From an uncultured bacterium (GTDB lineage Bacteria; UBP4; UBA4092): 35,362 nucleotides of DNA. Both the position numbers and the translations under genes were made by a program. The stretch lies in contig CAZXWN010000019.1 of assembly GCA_964644695.1 (NCBI GenBank), positions 1-35,362 of the forward strand, written 5' to 3'. The notes below the pieces were generated by a model that saw only the letters and a program-made list of their open reading frames with translations, had not been told where the DNA came from and did no database searches. Shown one piece after another: positions 8,939-18,349 of the stretch; positions within the stretch are counted from its first letter, which is position 1; the number at the start of each line of letters is the position of its first letter.

Positions 8939-9538
8939 TTGAGGATGATAAAAGAATGGATACAGAGGCCGTGGAGATTTTCCCGAGTGGTGATACTGGG
9001 GTTGGCCTGTATTGTGGGCGGATTTCTCGGGGGAGTTATCTATTCCGACCGAGTCTATGAGTCATTGCAACAGCAGGACGGTGTTCAATCGGTTGGGATG
9101 CCGGAGGGACATCCGGATGTTATGGAGATGATGGACCCGGAACTTCAATCCTTATTAGAAAAGGCATCCCAGGTACCCCGAGACCCGTTTCTACAGAAGA
9201 AGCTGGGAAACAAGTTTGCGGAGATGGGATTGTATGAGCGAGCTGTGGGGTATTATGAAGCCTCGTTGAAATTAACAGGACATCAACCGGAAGTATGGGT
9301 AGACTGTGGAATCATGTATCGGAATCTGGGGCAGAAAGAAAAAGCGTTGAAATATATTCAGCGGGGATTAAAAGAGGATCCGAAACTGGCACTGGGATGG
9401 TATAACCTGGGGGTAGTGTTGTACCACGACATGAACAATCCGAAGGAAGCCAAGCGGGCGTGGCAGAAGTATATCCAAATGGAACCCACCACAAGTCAGT
9501 CCAGTTCACTGCAGGTCTGGTTGAAATCAGCGCACTGA
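8939..9538 (+). CDS. Membrane-anchored TPR protein with P.GHP motif (resembles CcmI/CycH-type cytochrome c biogenesis accessory TPR proteins)
   Basis: One N-terminal TM, MPEGHPDV motif, about 3 TPRs (LGN.F..MG.YE.A..YY..SL; WYNLG.V.Y; A..AW.KY). Start may be TTG 8939 or ATG 8945. Confidence 0.75.
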   Translation: MRMIKEWIQRPWRFSRVVILGLACIVGGFLGGVIYSDRVYESLQQQDGVQSVGMPEGHPDVMEMMDPELQSLLEKASQVPRDPFLQKKLGNKFAEMGLYERAVGYYEASLKLTGHQPEVWVDCGIMYRNLGQKEKALKYIQRGLKEDPKLALGWYNLGVVLYHDMNNPKEAKRAWQKYIQMEPTTSQSSSLQVWLKSAH

Positions 9539-9778
9539 TATAAATATGAATGAGTGCTGTATGTGGCAGAGAGTAAATAGATGGACCACATTAAACGCAA
9601 GCAAGTTCCATATGAGGACTTGTTATAAATAACCAATTGCGTTTTTAGTTGTATAAATCCTACCGGTATTATTTTATTTTCATCGAATGGTTCAATATTA
9701 ATAAGGGATGGGGAATAGTGTATAATCGGTCAGACTGATAACAGTACTGACTTTAATAATTAGGTGGGAGTAATAAAT

Positions 9779-11098
9779 ATGTCATCATCGGCAGCCAAAC
9801 CGTCAGGTCGTGTCGAGGCCATTGATGCCTTTCGGGGCTTTACAATATTTGCCATGATTTTTGTAATCATGGTGGCGGGATACAAGAATCTTCCTTTTTT
9901 ATTTCCTCAGTTCGGGAGTGTTCCATTAACGACCTTCAAGCATGCGGGAGAAGGGGGTGACCCGGAGGAGTGGAGGCGATGGGAAGAATCTCATCCGGGG
10001 ACTCGGTGGTACATCGGGAATGTAAAATCGGTTAATGCGGATGGGACCTACAATGTTGCGGTGGATATCAACAGCACCACTCAGGAATTCCCCAAGTCGG
10101 TTGTATGGACAGGGAAGGTGATGAAGGCGGCGGACCCCAAGATTGAATATGCCGGTGATGAGGTTATCGGTGTTGAGAAAAACGGACAATGGACGTTTCA
10201 GCAGTCAGGCATCGGGGTAACCTTCTGTGATTTAGTGGCGCCGTTTTTTGTATTCATTGTGGGATTGTGTATTCCGTTATCAAGGATGGCCCGAGGAGAT
10301 GCCCGGTGGTGGAAACATGTTTTAATGAGGACAACAGGCTTAATCCTCCTAGGTGTACTTTATATTTCTCTGATATTAAAAGTGTCCTGGTGGTGGGGGA
10401 TTCTGCAGGCCATCGGAGTTGCCTATTTCATGGGCGCGGTAATTATGTTATTGCCAATGAGCGGCCGCTGGATCGCATTGGCGGCACTGGCAGGATTCCA
10501 CGCCTGGATGTCATTAAAGTTTCCGTGGTGGCTCACACTTGGAGAACCGGGAAAAGAGTTTTGGACTATCGTTGCACCGTTGGGAGATAAACTGCGGCCC
10601 CTGACTTTACACTGTACTCCATGGGGTTCCATCGGATATGGATTAACCACGATAGCGGGAACCTTTTTAGGGGAGGCGGTGGCAACAAAAGACCGAAAAC
10701 AAATCGTGTCCAAGTCCATCCTTTATGGAGTGATTTTCACAGCGATTGGATTAGTGATACATCAGTGGATCCCCATGCATAAAGACATCGTGTCTTCGAG
10801 TTATGGATTATTCACCGCCGGAATCGCCTGCTTCTTCTTCCTGGGATTTTATATGGTGATTGATATATTGGGCTGGAAGCAGGGATGGGTGTGGTTTTTG
10901 GGAGTCTTTGGTGCGAATGCATTGCTGGCCTATTTCATGCAACCTGTGGTGCGGATATTTCTGCAGGCCCTGGGGATATATTCAGGACTGGGTGGACAGG
11001 CAGGCTGGGGAGGAATGTATAAGGGAGTGTTATGGACATTATTATTGTGGTGTGTGGTGTTGGTCTGTAACCGGAAGAATATTTACTGGAAATTATAA
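9779..11098 (+). CDS. HGSNAT-like (heparan-alpha-glucosaminide N-acetyltransferase / DUF5009-type) membrane acyltransferase
   Basis: R..AIDAFRGFTI..MI.V; FKHA; G.T..DLV.PFF.FIVG..IP.S; WGILQAIG.AY; P.HK...S.SY.L..AG; FG.NAL.AY. ATG 9779 follows GGGAG. Confidence 0.85.
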   Translation: MSSSAAKPSGRVEAIDAFRGFTIFAMIFVIMVAGYKNLPFLFPQFGSVPLTTFKHAGEGGDPEEWRRWEESHPGTRWYIGNVKSVNADGTYNVAVDINSTTQEFPKSVVWTGKVMKAADPKIEYAGDEVIGVEKNGQWTFQQSGIGVTFCDLVAPFFVFIVGLCIPLSRMARGDARWWKHVLMRTTGLILLGVLYISLILKVSWWWGILQAIGVAYFMGAVIMLLPMSGRWIALAALAGFHAWMSLKFPWWLTLGEPGKEFWTIVAPLGDKLRPLTLHCTPWGSIGYGLTTIAGTFLGEAVATKDRKQIVSKSILYGVIFTAIGLVIHQWIPMHKDIVSSSYGLFTAGIACFFFLGFYMVIDILGWKQGWVWFLGVFGANALLAYFMQPVVRIFLQALGIYSGLGGQAGWGGMYKGVLWTLLLWCVVLVCNRKNIYWKL

Positions 11099-11117
11099 TT
11101 TAATAAACATACTTGAG

Positions 11118-11145
11118 AAGAGCCGTTTTTATGAACGGCTCTTTT
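11118..11145 (+). terminator. Intrinsic terminator
   Basis: AAGAGCCGTT-TTTATG-AACGGCTCTT followed by TT, 20 nt after the stop codon. Confidence 0.8.
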
Positions 11146-11155
11146 AATTTATGAG

Positions 11156-11464
11156 CATAAGGTGCGAATGGAATTTGTAGTATTCCAGTTTGAGGTGTTA
11201 CACCTTCCCCCTTCGTTTCTGGTTCGTTGGTGAGAGGGAAATTCCGAATGAAAACAAAAGGGCGGATGGTTATCCGCCCGGTCAGATTATCAAAATTGTA
11301 TGAGAGATGATTTGTTACCAGAGAGACAGGTCTCCGAAGTAGGGGTCATCCAGATCCCGGAGGAAGTCGATATCACTGACATTGATTTTACCGACGACAT
11401 CGCTGTTAGCAATGAACTGGAATTGATGATAACTGTTTCGTCCAGGGCCGATGACATAATGATA
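11156..11464. repeat. 309-bp perfect direct repeat, copy 1 (last 150 nt of SBBP gene A plus 159 nt downstream)
   Basis: Identical base for base, by eye, to 18350..18658 (offset 7194). Confidence 0.95.
11251..11279 (-). terminator. Intrinsic terminator of SBBP gene A
   Basis: Minus strand GGGCGGAT-AACC-ATCCGCCC-TTTTGTTTT. Confidence 0.8.
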
Positions 11465-14400
11465 ACCATCGTTGATTCGGCCGAACTCCGCGGATGCCAT
11501 CAACTGCCCCCCGGTACTCCAGAAATCATAACTTCCATTGGAAGGGACTCCGTATAATGCCATGAGGACAATGGACCCATAGGAGTCCAGAGCGCCGGCC
11601 GTTTTTTCAACATAGGCCTTGAATCCGACTTCATGGTCCGGCATGGAACTGGGAGTATAGACTCCAGTATGGTTAAGTTGTGCGGTCAGTTTCTTACCGT
11701 ACTGGATGCCGGTTGTGGCTTTAGAGAAATCGAATTGAACCGCATCATCGACGATATTCAGAGGACAGTCGCCCTCGGTTGTGGACCAACCGTAGGACAG
11801 GTCTGTAAGACTTGAGAAACTACGGTAAGGATATTTCAAAGCACTTTGACTACGGGTATCAATGACATAAGGGATATCGTCCATAATATTTATTTCATCA
11901 ATATAGAGAACACTTTGTTTGGTGCCGGGTTTGAGAATTAGCTGTACATATCCCCTACCAGGTTCCTGGGTATATACGGGGGCTTCAATCCAAGTCCACA
12001 CGGTGGGTACTCCAAAGAGAATGTTACAAGCGATATCCACATGGGGACTGTTGGGGATTGTGCCGTTGAAGTTAAACAGTCCAACCTGGAGGTCATTATT
12101 GGGCGTTGGAGACATGAGTCTCATGCGGGCAATGCCCCATTGATTTTCACTATAATAACGCCATTGGTTAGTACTTGGAGTGAGTTTGATGGCCTGATTG
12201 GTTGAAGTAAAACTGAATCTCCAAACATCACTCGCGATTTGTCCTTTTGAGTCTATTATCTGGGGCAAGTATCCCCATTCTGGAGTAGCCGAATAATCGG
12301 CAAGCATTTCTTTTCCCCAGTCTCCCCAGACCCATTGGGTGGTATCCATCATGTCGCCAATCGGCAATTCATTCGACCAAGTATCAAACCGTTCTTTATC
12401 CATGTCCGGGCCATAGGGAGGTTCACTTTTGGGGGAAGCAATAATATCTACGGATAGACGGTACCCACGATAATAATAACCGGTGATACTCAAGAATAGG
12501 GTGGTTGGATTGATCCATGTGACATTAAGAAGTTTATGGTCATAGATCAAGGAACTGTCATTCCCAAAAGATTCCGGGATAGCAGGTCCGGCCGAGGAAG
12601 TGACATATTGTGACATGTCGATATAGACAGAACTGGTATAGGGAAATGCAAAATGGGGCAGCTTGGAAATTCGATAGGTGGTGATTTTAATGGGAATCCT
12701 AGCGGTGTTAATTTGACCTGAGGAATTCAGGTCAATGTATAAATAACCAGTAGTAGGTTGATTCCATGAACTTAGTGATATAGTTCCATTTGATAACGTT
12801 CCAAGTCCCAGAAAGTTGCCAGATAATGTATAGGGTCCTTGTCCCACCGGATCATAATCAGAGACAGCCAAGGCATTGGGAAGGGATTCTCCCAAGACTA
12901 ATTTGATGGCAGGGAAATCAATGGTACTGGACCCAAACACATGAATATAATTTATCTGACCGAAGGTTGTTGTGCTTAATGAATTTGCGACGGACAGACT
13001 GACGGAATATCGACCTGCAGTGGTATAGGTATGAGTTGGATTTTTAATTGTGGATGTTTGCCCATCCCCGAAATTCCAATTCCAGGAATTAGGGGCCCCC
13101 ATAGTTTCATCCATAAAAGGAACACTCAAAGGAGCCACACCCCGGACCGTTACTGATGAAAACTTTGGCTGAAGATACCAACCTGGCTTAACTTTGGCAA
13201 TAAATCCATCGTATGCACCACCCTTAAAAGTAGTCTGCAACGAATTTACAGTACAAGGGAATGCGGTAGATGACTCTGTCCATCCGGCAACCCACACACT
13301 CCCATCGAAACTTTGAGCAACACTGTAGGCATAATCATGATCTGGTCCACCAAAGAGTGTGGAATGAACCATTGTATTCGTTCGTGTATCCATCCGCACA
13401 ATGTAGATCTGGAACCTTCCATTCTGGGTCGTATCCATCGCGCCGGGACTGCAGGGGAAATAGGCTAACCCTCCAGTTTGTCCAATCAAAGTAACGAATC
13501 CAATTGTGTCTGTTGAAATATTCCATCCGGTTTCAGAATAGTTCCCTCCAATGAAAGTGGAGTAATCCAAACCACTGCCATCTGCTTTTAAAATTGTGAA
13601 GAGTCCATCCCCCAAACCGGTGTTGATTTTGTCATAAGCATTTGCTGTTACCGGGTAGTTTGTTGAACTCGAATATCCAGTGAGAATGAGTCTTCCATCA
13701 GGAAGAATGTCACTTCCCATCGAATAATCATCACTTGAGCCACCCAGGAAAGTGGAATAAATCAACGATGTACCGTCAGCACTTATTTTTAGAGCAAAAA
13801 CATCACTGTAACCACCATTGTAATTTGTATCATAAGCATTTAGTGTGACCGGGAAATTTGTTGAATTGGTTCCCCCCGCCAGTTGGATATTTCCATCAGC
13901 ATCAAGATTGATATTTTTGATATAAGTTTCATCACTGCTTCCCCCAATAAATGTGGAAAAGAGAACTGAATCGCAGGCATTGGTCAGTTTCATGAGGAAG
14001 ATGTCCAAGCCACCATTATAGGTTGTATCCAGTGCACTCACGGTGACTGGAAAGTTTGCTGAATTAGTTTGACCTGTGAGAAGGATGTCTCCGGTTGAAT
14101 CCAGTTTAATGCTTGAGATGGATTCATATCCCTGTCCACCCAAATATGAGCAATATTTGATTTGACTGCCATCTGAACTTAAGCGCATCAGGAAGGCATC
14201 ATTGGATCCTCCATAAAGGGCGGTACTAATCGCATGAGAGGTGACAGGTAAATCTGTAGAGTTGGTATATCCTGCCAATAATATATCCCCATTAGTATCG
14301 ATTGCTAATGTCTCACCCATGTCATTACCAGAACCCCCTAAAGGCCCGATTACATTCGAGACGGTTCCGTTATTATTCATCCTTAGAATGAAGGTGTCAT

Positions 14401-14653
14401 AATCTGGTTGAGTTGTTTTATCGGAATAAAAGCCTGAACTGATGGAATACATAACTGCCAGGACACCCCCATCTCCAGAAGGGATTATGTTACGAAAAAA
14501 GTCTCGGTCATTTCCCCCCAGAAGGGTGGAGTATTCAAGATAATTCGCGGTTTGTCCATTAGTTAGTTTTGCGGCATTTACGGGCGAGATAAGTGAAAGG
14601 ATAAGAACAGATAAAAATCCCAACAGAAAACGGTAAGGTTTATAGCAGGACAT
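11315..14653 (-). CDS. Secreted SBBP beta-propeller + PKD domain protein, paralogue A
   Basis: Signal peptide; repeats of YST(F/Y)(L/I)GG..D...D..G.I...G.T.S.NFPVT..A.D; PKD motif WNFGDG.TS...NPTHTY...G.Y.V.L; about 520-aa C-terminal beta-rich region. Start set to ATG 14653 (GGAGG SD, homologous to the start of paralogue B). Confidence 0.9.
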   Translation of the reverse strand: MSCYKPYRFLLGFLSVLILSLISPVNAAKLTNGQTANYLEYSTLLGGNDRDFFRNIIPSGDGGVLAVMYSISSGFYSDKTTQPDYDTFILRMNNNGTVSNVIGPLGGSGNDMGETLAIDTNGDILLAGYTNSTDLPVTSHAISTALYGGSNDAFLMRLSSDGSQIKYCSYLGGQGYESISSIKLDSTGDILLTGQTNSANFPVTVSALDTTYNGGLDIFLMKLTNACDSVLFSTFIGGSSDETYIKNINLDADGNIQLAGGTNSTNFPVTLNAYDTNYNGGYSDVFALKISADGTSLIYSTFLGGSSDDYSMGSDILPDGRLILTGYSSSTNYPVTANAYDKINTGLGDGLFTILKADGSGLDYSTFIGGNYSETGWNISTDTIGFVTLIGQTGGLAYFPCSPGAMDTTQNGRFQIYIVRMDTRTNTMVHSTLFGGPDHDYAYSVAQSFDGSVWVAGWTESSTAFPCTVNSLQTTFKGGAYDGFIAKVKPGWYLQPKFSSVTVRGVAPLSVPFMDETMGAPNSWNWNFGDGQTSTIKNPTHTYTTAGRYSVSLSVANSLSTTTFGQINYIHVFGSSTIDFPAIKLVLGESLPNALAVSDYDPVGQGPYTLSGNFLGLGTLSNGTISLSSWNQPTTGYLYIDLNSSGQINTARIPIKITTYRISKLPHFAFPYTSSVYIDMSQYVTSSAGPAIPESFGNDSSLIYDHKLLNVTWINPTTLFLSITGYYYRGYRLSVDIIASPKSEPPYGPDMDKERFDTWSNELPIGDMMDTTQWVWGDWGKEMLADYSATPEWGYLPQIIDSKGQIASDVWRFSFTSTNQAIKLTPSTNQWRYYSENQWGIARMRLMSPTPNNDLQVGLFNFNGTIPNSPHVDIACNILFGVPTVWTWIEAPVYTQEPGRGYVQLILKPGTKQSVLYIDEINIMDDIPYVIDTRSQSALKYPYRSFSSLTDLSYGWSTTEGDCPLNIVDDAVQFDFSKATTGIQYGKKLTAQLNHTGVYTPSSMPDHEVGFKAYVEKTAGALDSYGSIVLMALYGVPSNGSYDFWSTGGQLMASAEFGRINDGYHYVIGPGRNSYHQFQFIANSDVVGKINVSDIDFLRDLDDPYFGDLSLW
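11435..11650. repeat. 216-bp perfect repeat shared by genes A and B, copy 1
   Basis: Identical to 14927..15142 (offset 3492); near-identity continues to about 11870. Confidence 0.92.
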
Positions 14654-14806
14654 AAAACAACCTCCAACAGAATCCCCGATTCGTTGGAAAAATATATAAA
14701 TCAAGGTAGATTAAATGTATAACGCATTCCGGATATTAGCAAGTCCGGTTTTTAACCCACTGGGACACTTGATGTTTGGGTTTCAGATTTTAAACAAGAG
14801 AATCTT

Positions 14807-17800
14807 TTACCATAAGGAAATATCCCCGAAATAAGGGTCATCAAGGTCGCGGAGGAAATCCAAATTCCGAACATTGATTTTACCCGGGACATCACTGTTG
14901 GCAATGAACTGGAACTGATGATATCCGTTTCGTCCAGGGCCGATGACATAATGATAACCATCGTTGATTCGGCCGAACTCCGCGGATGCCATCAACTGCC
15001 CCCCGGTACTCCAGAAATCATAACTTCCATTGGAAGGGACTCCGTATAATGCCATGAGGACAATGGACCCATAGGAGTCCAGAGCGCCGGCCGTTTTTTC
15101 AACATAGGCCTTGAATCCGACTTCATGGTCCGGCATGGAACTTGGAGTATAGACGCCAGTCTGGTTAAGTTGTGCGGTCAGTTTCTTACCGTACTGGATG
15201 CCGGTGGTGGCTTTGGAGAAATCGAATTGAACCGCATCATCGACGATATTCAGAGGACAGTCGCCCTCAGTTGTGGACCAACCGTAGGACAGGTCTGTAA
15301 GGCTTGAGAAACTCCGGTAAGGATATTTCAAAGCACTTTGACTACGGGTATCAATGACATAAGGGGTATCGTCAATAATGTGTACATCATCAATATAGAG
15401 AACACCTTGTTTGGTGCCAGGTTTAAGAATCAACTGGAAATAGGCTATACCCGTATCCTGGGTATAAACGGGGGCTTCAATCCAAGTCCATACAGTGGGT
15501 ACTCCAAAGAGAATATTACAAGCGATATCTATATGCGGACTACTGGGGATTATGCCGTTGAAGTTGAATAGTCCAACCTGAAGGTCATTGTTGGGCGTCG
15601 GGGACATGACTCGCATACGGGCAATACCCCATCTATTTTTTCCGTAGCCATACCACTGGTTAGTACCCGGGGTGAGTTTGATGGCCTGATTGGTTGAAGT
15701 AAAACTGAATCTCCAAATATCATTCGCGATTTGTCCTTTTGAGTCTATTATCTGAGGCAAGTATCCCCATTCTGGAGTGGCCGAATAATCGGCAATCATT
15801 TCTTTTCCCCAGTTTCCCCATACCCACTGGGTCGTATCCATCATATCCCCATAGGGGAGTTGGTTTGACCAGATATCAAGGCGTTCCTTATCCATATCCG
15901 GACCGTAGGGTGAGGATGAATTTGGAGAAGCAATAATATCTAATGAAACACGGTATCCCCGATAGAAATAAGGGCCCATACTTACACACAGAGTTGTCTG
16001 ATTGACCCATGATGCAGAAACGAGGTCATGGTCATAAGTCAGGCAGCTGTTATTTCCAAAAGATTCCGGGATAGCGGGACCTGCGGAAGAAGTGACATAT
16101 TGCGACATATCAATATAGGAAGGGCCGGTATAATCGAATGCGAAATGGGGCAGCTTGGAAATCCGATAGGTGCTAATTTTAATGGGGACTTTTGCGGTGA
16201 GGGTAATGCCAGGATGGGTGAGAGTCAGATAGACAAAACCACTGGTAGGTTGACTCCAACCTGACAGGGAGACGGTACCATTTGAGAGGGTTGCCATACC
16301 GAGGAAATTGCCGGATAATTCGTAAACACCCAAACCTTCCGGGTCATAATCAGCGACAGCCAAGGCATTGGGAAGAGCTTCTCCCAAGACTAATTTGATA
16401 GCAGGAAAATCAATGGTACTGGACCCATACACTTTGATATAATCAGGTCTTCCATAGCCCGCTGAACCGAAATAATTCGATGTCTGAAGGTGGACCGTAT
16501 ATTTCCCCGGGGTGGTATAGGTGTGGGTTGGATTACAGAAAGTGGTTGATTGTCCGTCTCCAAAACTCCAGTTCCAGTAATCAGGGGCCCCAAAAGATTC
16601 CTCAATGAAATTGACTGTCAGGGGGGCTATCCCACTGACGGTCGTTGCAGAGAATTTAGGCTGAAGATACCAACCTGGAGTTATCTTCATATAGAAAGCG
16701 TCGTAGTAACTTCCCCTGAAGGTACTTTGTCGTGAGTTAATGGTGCAGGGAAATCCGGTGGTAGATCCTGTCCATCCGGCAACCCAAACACTCCCCTTTT
16801 CACCCACAGCCAGAGTCATCGGACTATCCATATCGTTACCCCCAAACAGGGTACTGTGGATAATGGTTCCAGTGTTTGAGTCTATCCGCATGATAGTGCC
16901 ATCCATGTGTCCATTGTGGGTCGAATCCATTGCACCGGGACTGAGAGGGAATCCAACCGTACCGGCAGCATTCCCGATAAGGGTGAGATAGCCATTTTCA
17001 TCGGCGACCATCCTGCTGTTATAGTCATACCAGAGCCCTCCCAAATATGAGGAGTAGCTAAGGTCTGTTCCATTGGTATTCAGGATGGTCAAAAATCCAT
17101 CAATATTACCCCCATAGGTGTTATCCGCATTGGTGGTTGTGGTTGGGTAGTTGCTGGAATCTGTATAACCGGTAATGGCGAATCTCCCATCAGGGAGCAG
17201 GGCACTTCCTAAGGTATAATCATTGTTTGTTCCACCAATGAAGGTGGAATAAATCAGAGCTGACCCCGTTGAGTTTATCTTCATAGCAAAAGTATCGGAA
17301 TAATTGATATTGTAACTGGTATCATAAGCATTAGAGGTGACCGGGAAGTCGGGGGATCTAGTGTCACCAGCGAGATAGATATTTCCAAGACTATCAATAC
17401 TGATCGTTGCTCCCGCATTATCTTGGTCAGAGCCGCCGATATAAGTAGCGAAGATAATGGAGTCACAGGCATTGGTGAGCTTCATCAGGAAGATGTCACT
17501 TCCCCCATTAAGGGTCGTATCAAAAGCGTCCGTGGTGACAGGGAATGTCGAAGACATTGTATAGCCGGTAATAATGAAATTCCCATCAGGACTTCTTTTG
17601 ATACCATAAGGGGCGTCAAATCGTTCCCCACTGATATAGGAACAATATTTTACTTGTGAACCATCGGGATTAAGTTTCATCAGGAACCCATGTTCATAGC
17701 TTGGTTGATAGACAGTATTTATGGCATTGGTCGTTACCGGAAGGTCGGGAGAAGTGGTATGGCCAACCAAGATAATGTCCCCATTAGTATCTATGGACAG

Positions 17801-18145
17801 AGCTTCTCCAAAATCGTTTCCGCTGCCGCCAAGGGGCCCGATAACTTGAGTTATTGTTCCAGCGGAGTCCAGTTTGAAAATGAAGGTATCATAATTGCCT
17901 GAGGTTGTTTTAGCGGCAAACAGACCGGTGCTGTTGGTATAAAGAATAACCATGGCCCCGCCGTCCTCGGTAGCGATCATATTTCGGATAAACTCATCCT
18001 GTTCACCGCCCAGAAGGGTAGAGTATTCAAGGTAATTAGCATTTTGGCCATTGGTGAGTCTGGTGGCGCTTACGGTAGAGATGAAGGAAAGAGAAAAGAG
18101 GCATAACAAGCTCAGGATAAAACGGATTGGTTTATTACAGGACAT
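14807..18145 (-). CDS. Secreted SBBP beta-propeller + PKD domain protein, paralogue B
   Basis: Same architecture as A; GGAGG SD; 1112 aa. Confidence 0.9.
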   Translation of the reverse strand: MSCNKPIRFILSLLCLFSLSFISTVSATRLTNGQNANYLEYSTLLGGEQDEFIRNMIATEDGGAMVILYTNSTGLFAAKTTSGNYDTFIFKLDSAGTITQVIGPLGGSGNDFGEALSIDTNGDIILVGHTTSPDLPVTTNAINTVYQPSYEHGFLMKLNPDGSQVKYCSYISGERFDAPYGIKRSPDGNFIITGYTMSSTFPVTTDAFDTTLNGGSDIFLMKLTNACDSIIFATYIGGSDQDNAGATISIDSLGNIYLAGDTRSPDFPVTSNAYDTSYNINYSDTFAMKINSTGSALIYSTFIGGTNNDYTLGSALLPDGRFAITGYTDSSNYPTTTTNADNTYGGNIDGFLTILNTNGTDLSYSSYLGGLWYDYNSRMVADENGYLTLIGNAAGTVGFPLSPGAMDSTHNGHMDGTIMRIDSNTGTIIHSTLFGGNDMDSPMTLAVGEKGSVWVAGWTGSTTGFPCTINSRQSTFRGSYYDAFYMKITPGWYLQPKFSATTVSGIAPLTVNFIEESFGAPDYWNWSFGDGQSTTFCNPTHTYTTPGKYTVHLQTSNYFGSAGYGRPDYIKVYGSSTIDFPAIKLVLGEALPNALAVADYDPEGLGVYELSGNFLGMATLSNGTVSLSGWSQPTSGFVYLTLTHPGITLTAKVPIKISTYRISKLPHFAFDYTGPSYIDMSQYVTSSAGPAIPESFGNNSCLTYDHDLVSASWVNQTTLCVSMGPYFYRGYRVSLDIIASPNSSSPYGPDMDKERLDIWSNQLPYGDMMDTTQWVWGNWGKEMIADYSATPEWGYLPQIIDSKGQIANDIWRFSFTSTNQAIKLTPGTNQWYGYGKNRWGIARMRVMSPTPNNDLQVGLFNFNGIIPSSPHIDIACNILFGVPTVWTWIEAPVYTQDTGIAYFQLILKPGTKQGVLYIDDVHIIDDTPYVIDTRSQSALKYPYRSFSSLTDLSYGWSTTEGDCPLNIVDDAVQFDFSKATTGIQYGKKLTAQLNQTGVYTPSSMPDHEVGFKAYVEKTAGALDSYGSIVLMALYGVPSNGSYDFWSTGGQLMASAEFGRINDGYHYVIGPGRNGYHQFQFIANSDVPGKINVRNLDFLRDLDDPYFGDISLW
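14927..15142. repeat. 216-bp perfect repeat shared by genes A and B, copy 2
   Basis: Identical to 11435..11650. Confidence 0.92.
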
Positions 18146-18349
18146 AAATCGACCTCCAACAAAATCCCCGACAAGTGGGTCAACATATAAATCAAGGTAG
18201 ATTAAATTTATAATGCTTTACAGGTTTTGGCAAGGTGGAATTTATAAGGTGTTCATATTGCGGAGTTTTGTAAAATTATGTTTGGTAAAATCTGTAACAA
18301 TGGGGAAAAAACACGGGGTTATTTGAGGGGAAGTTCAGGGGATATTTTT

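Noticed and set aside
11156..11314. Cobalamin riboswitch or mobile element in the non-coding part of the 309-bp repeat
   Set aside because: Only an AGGGAA fragment resembles the riboswitch; no B12 box, and it lies downstream of convergent genes. No terminal inverted repeats or target duplication.
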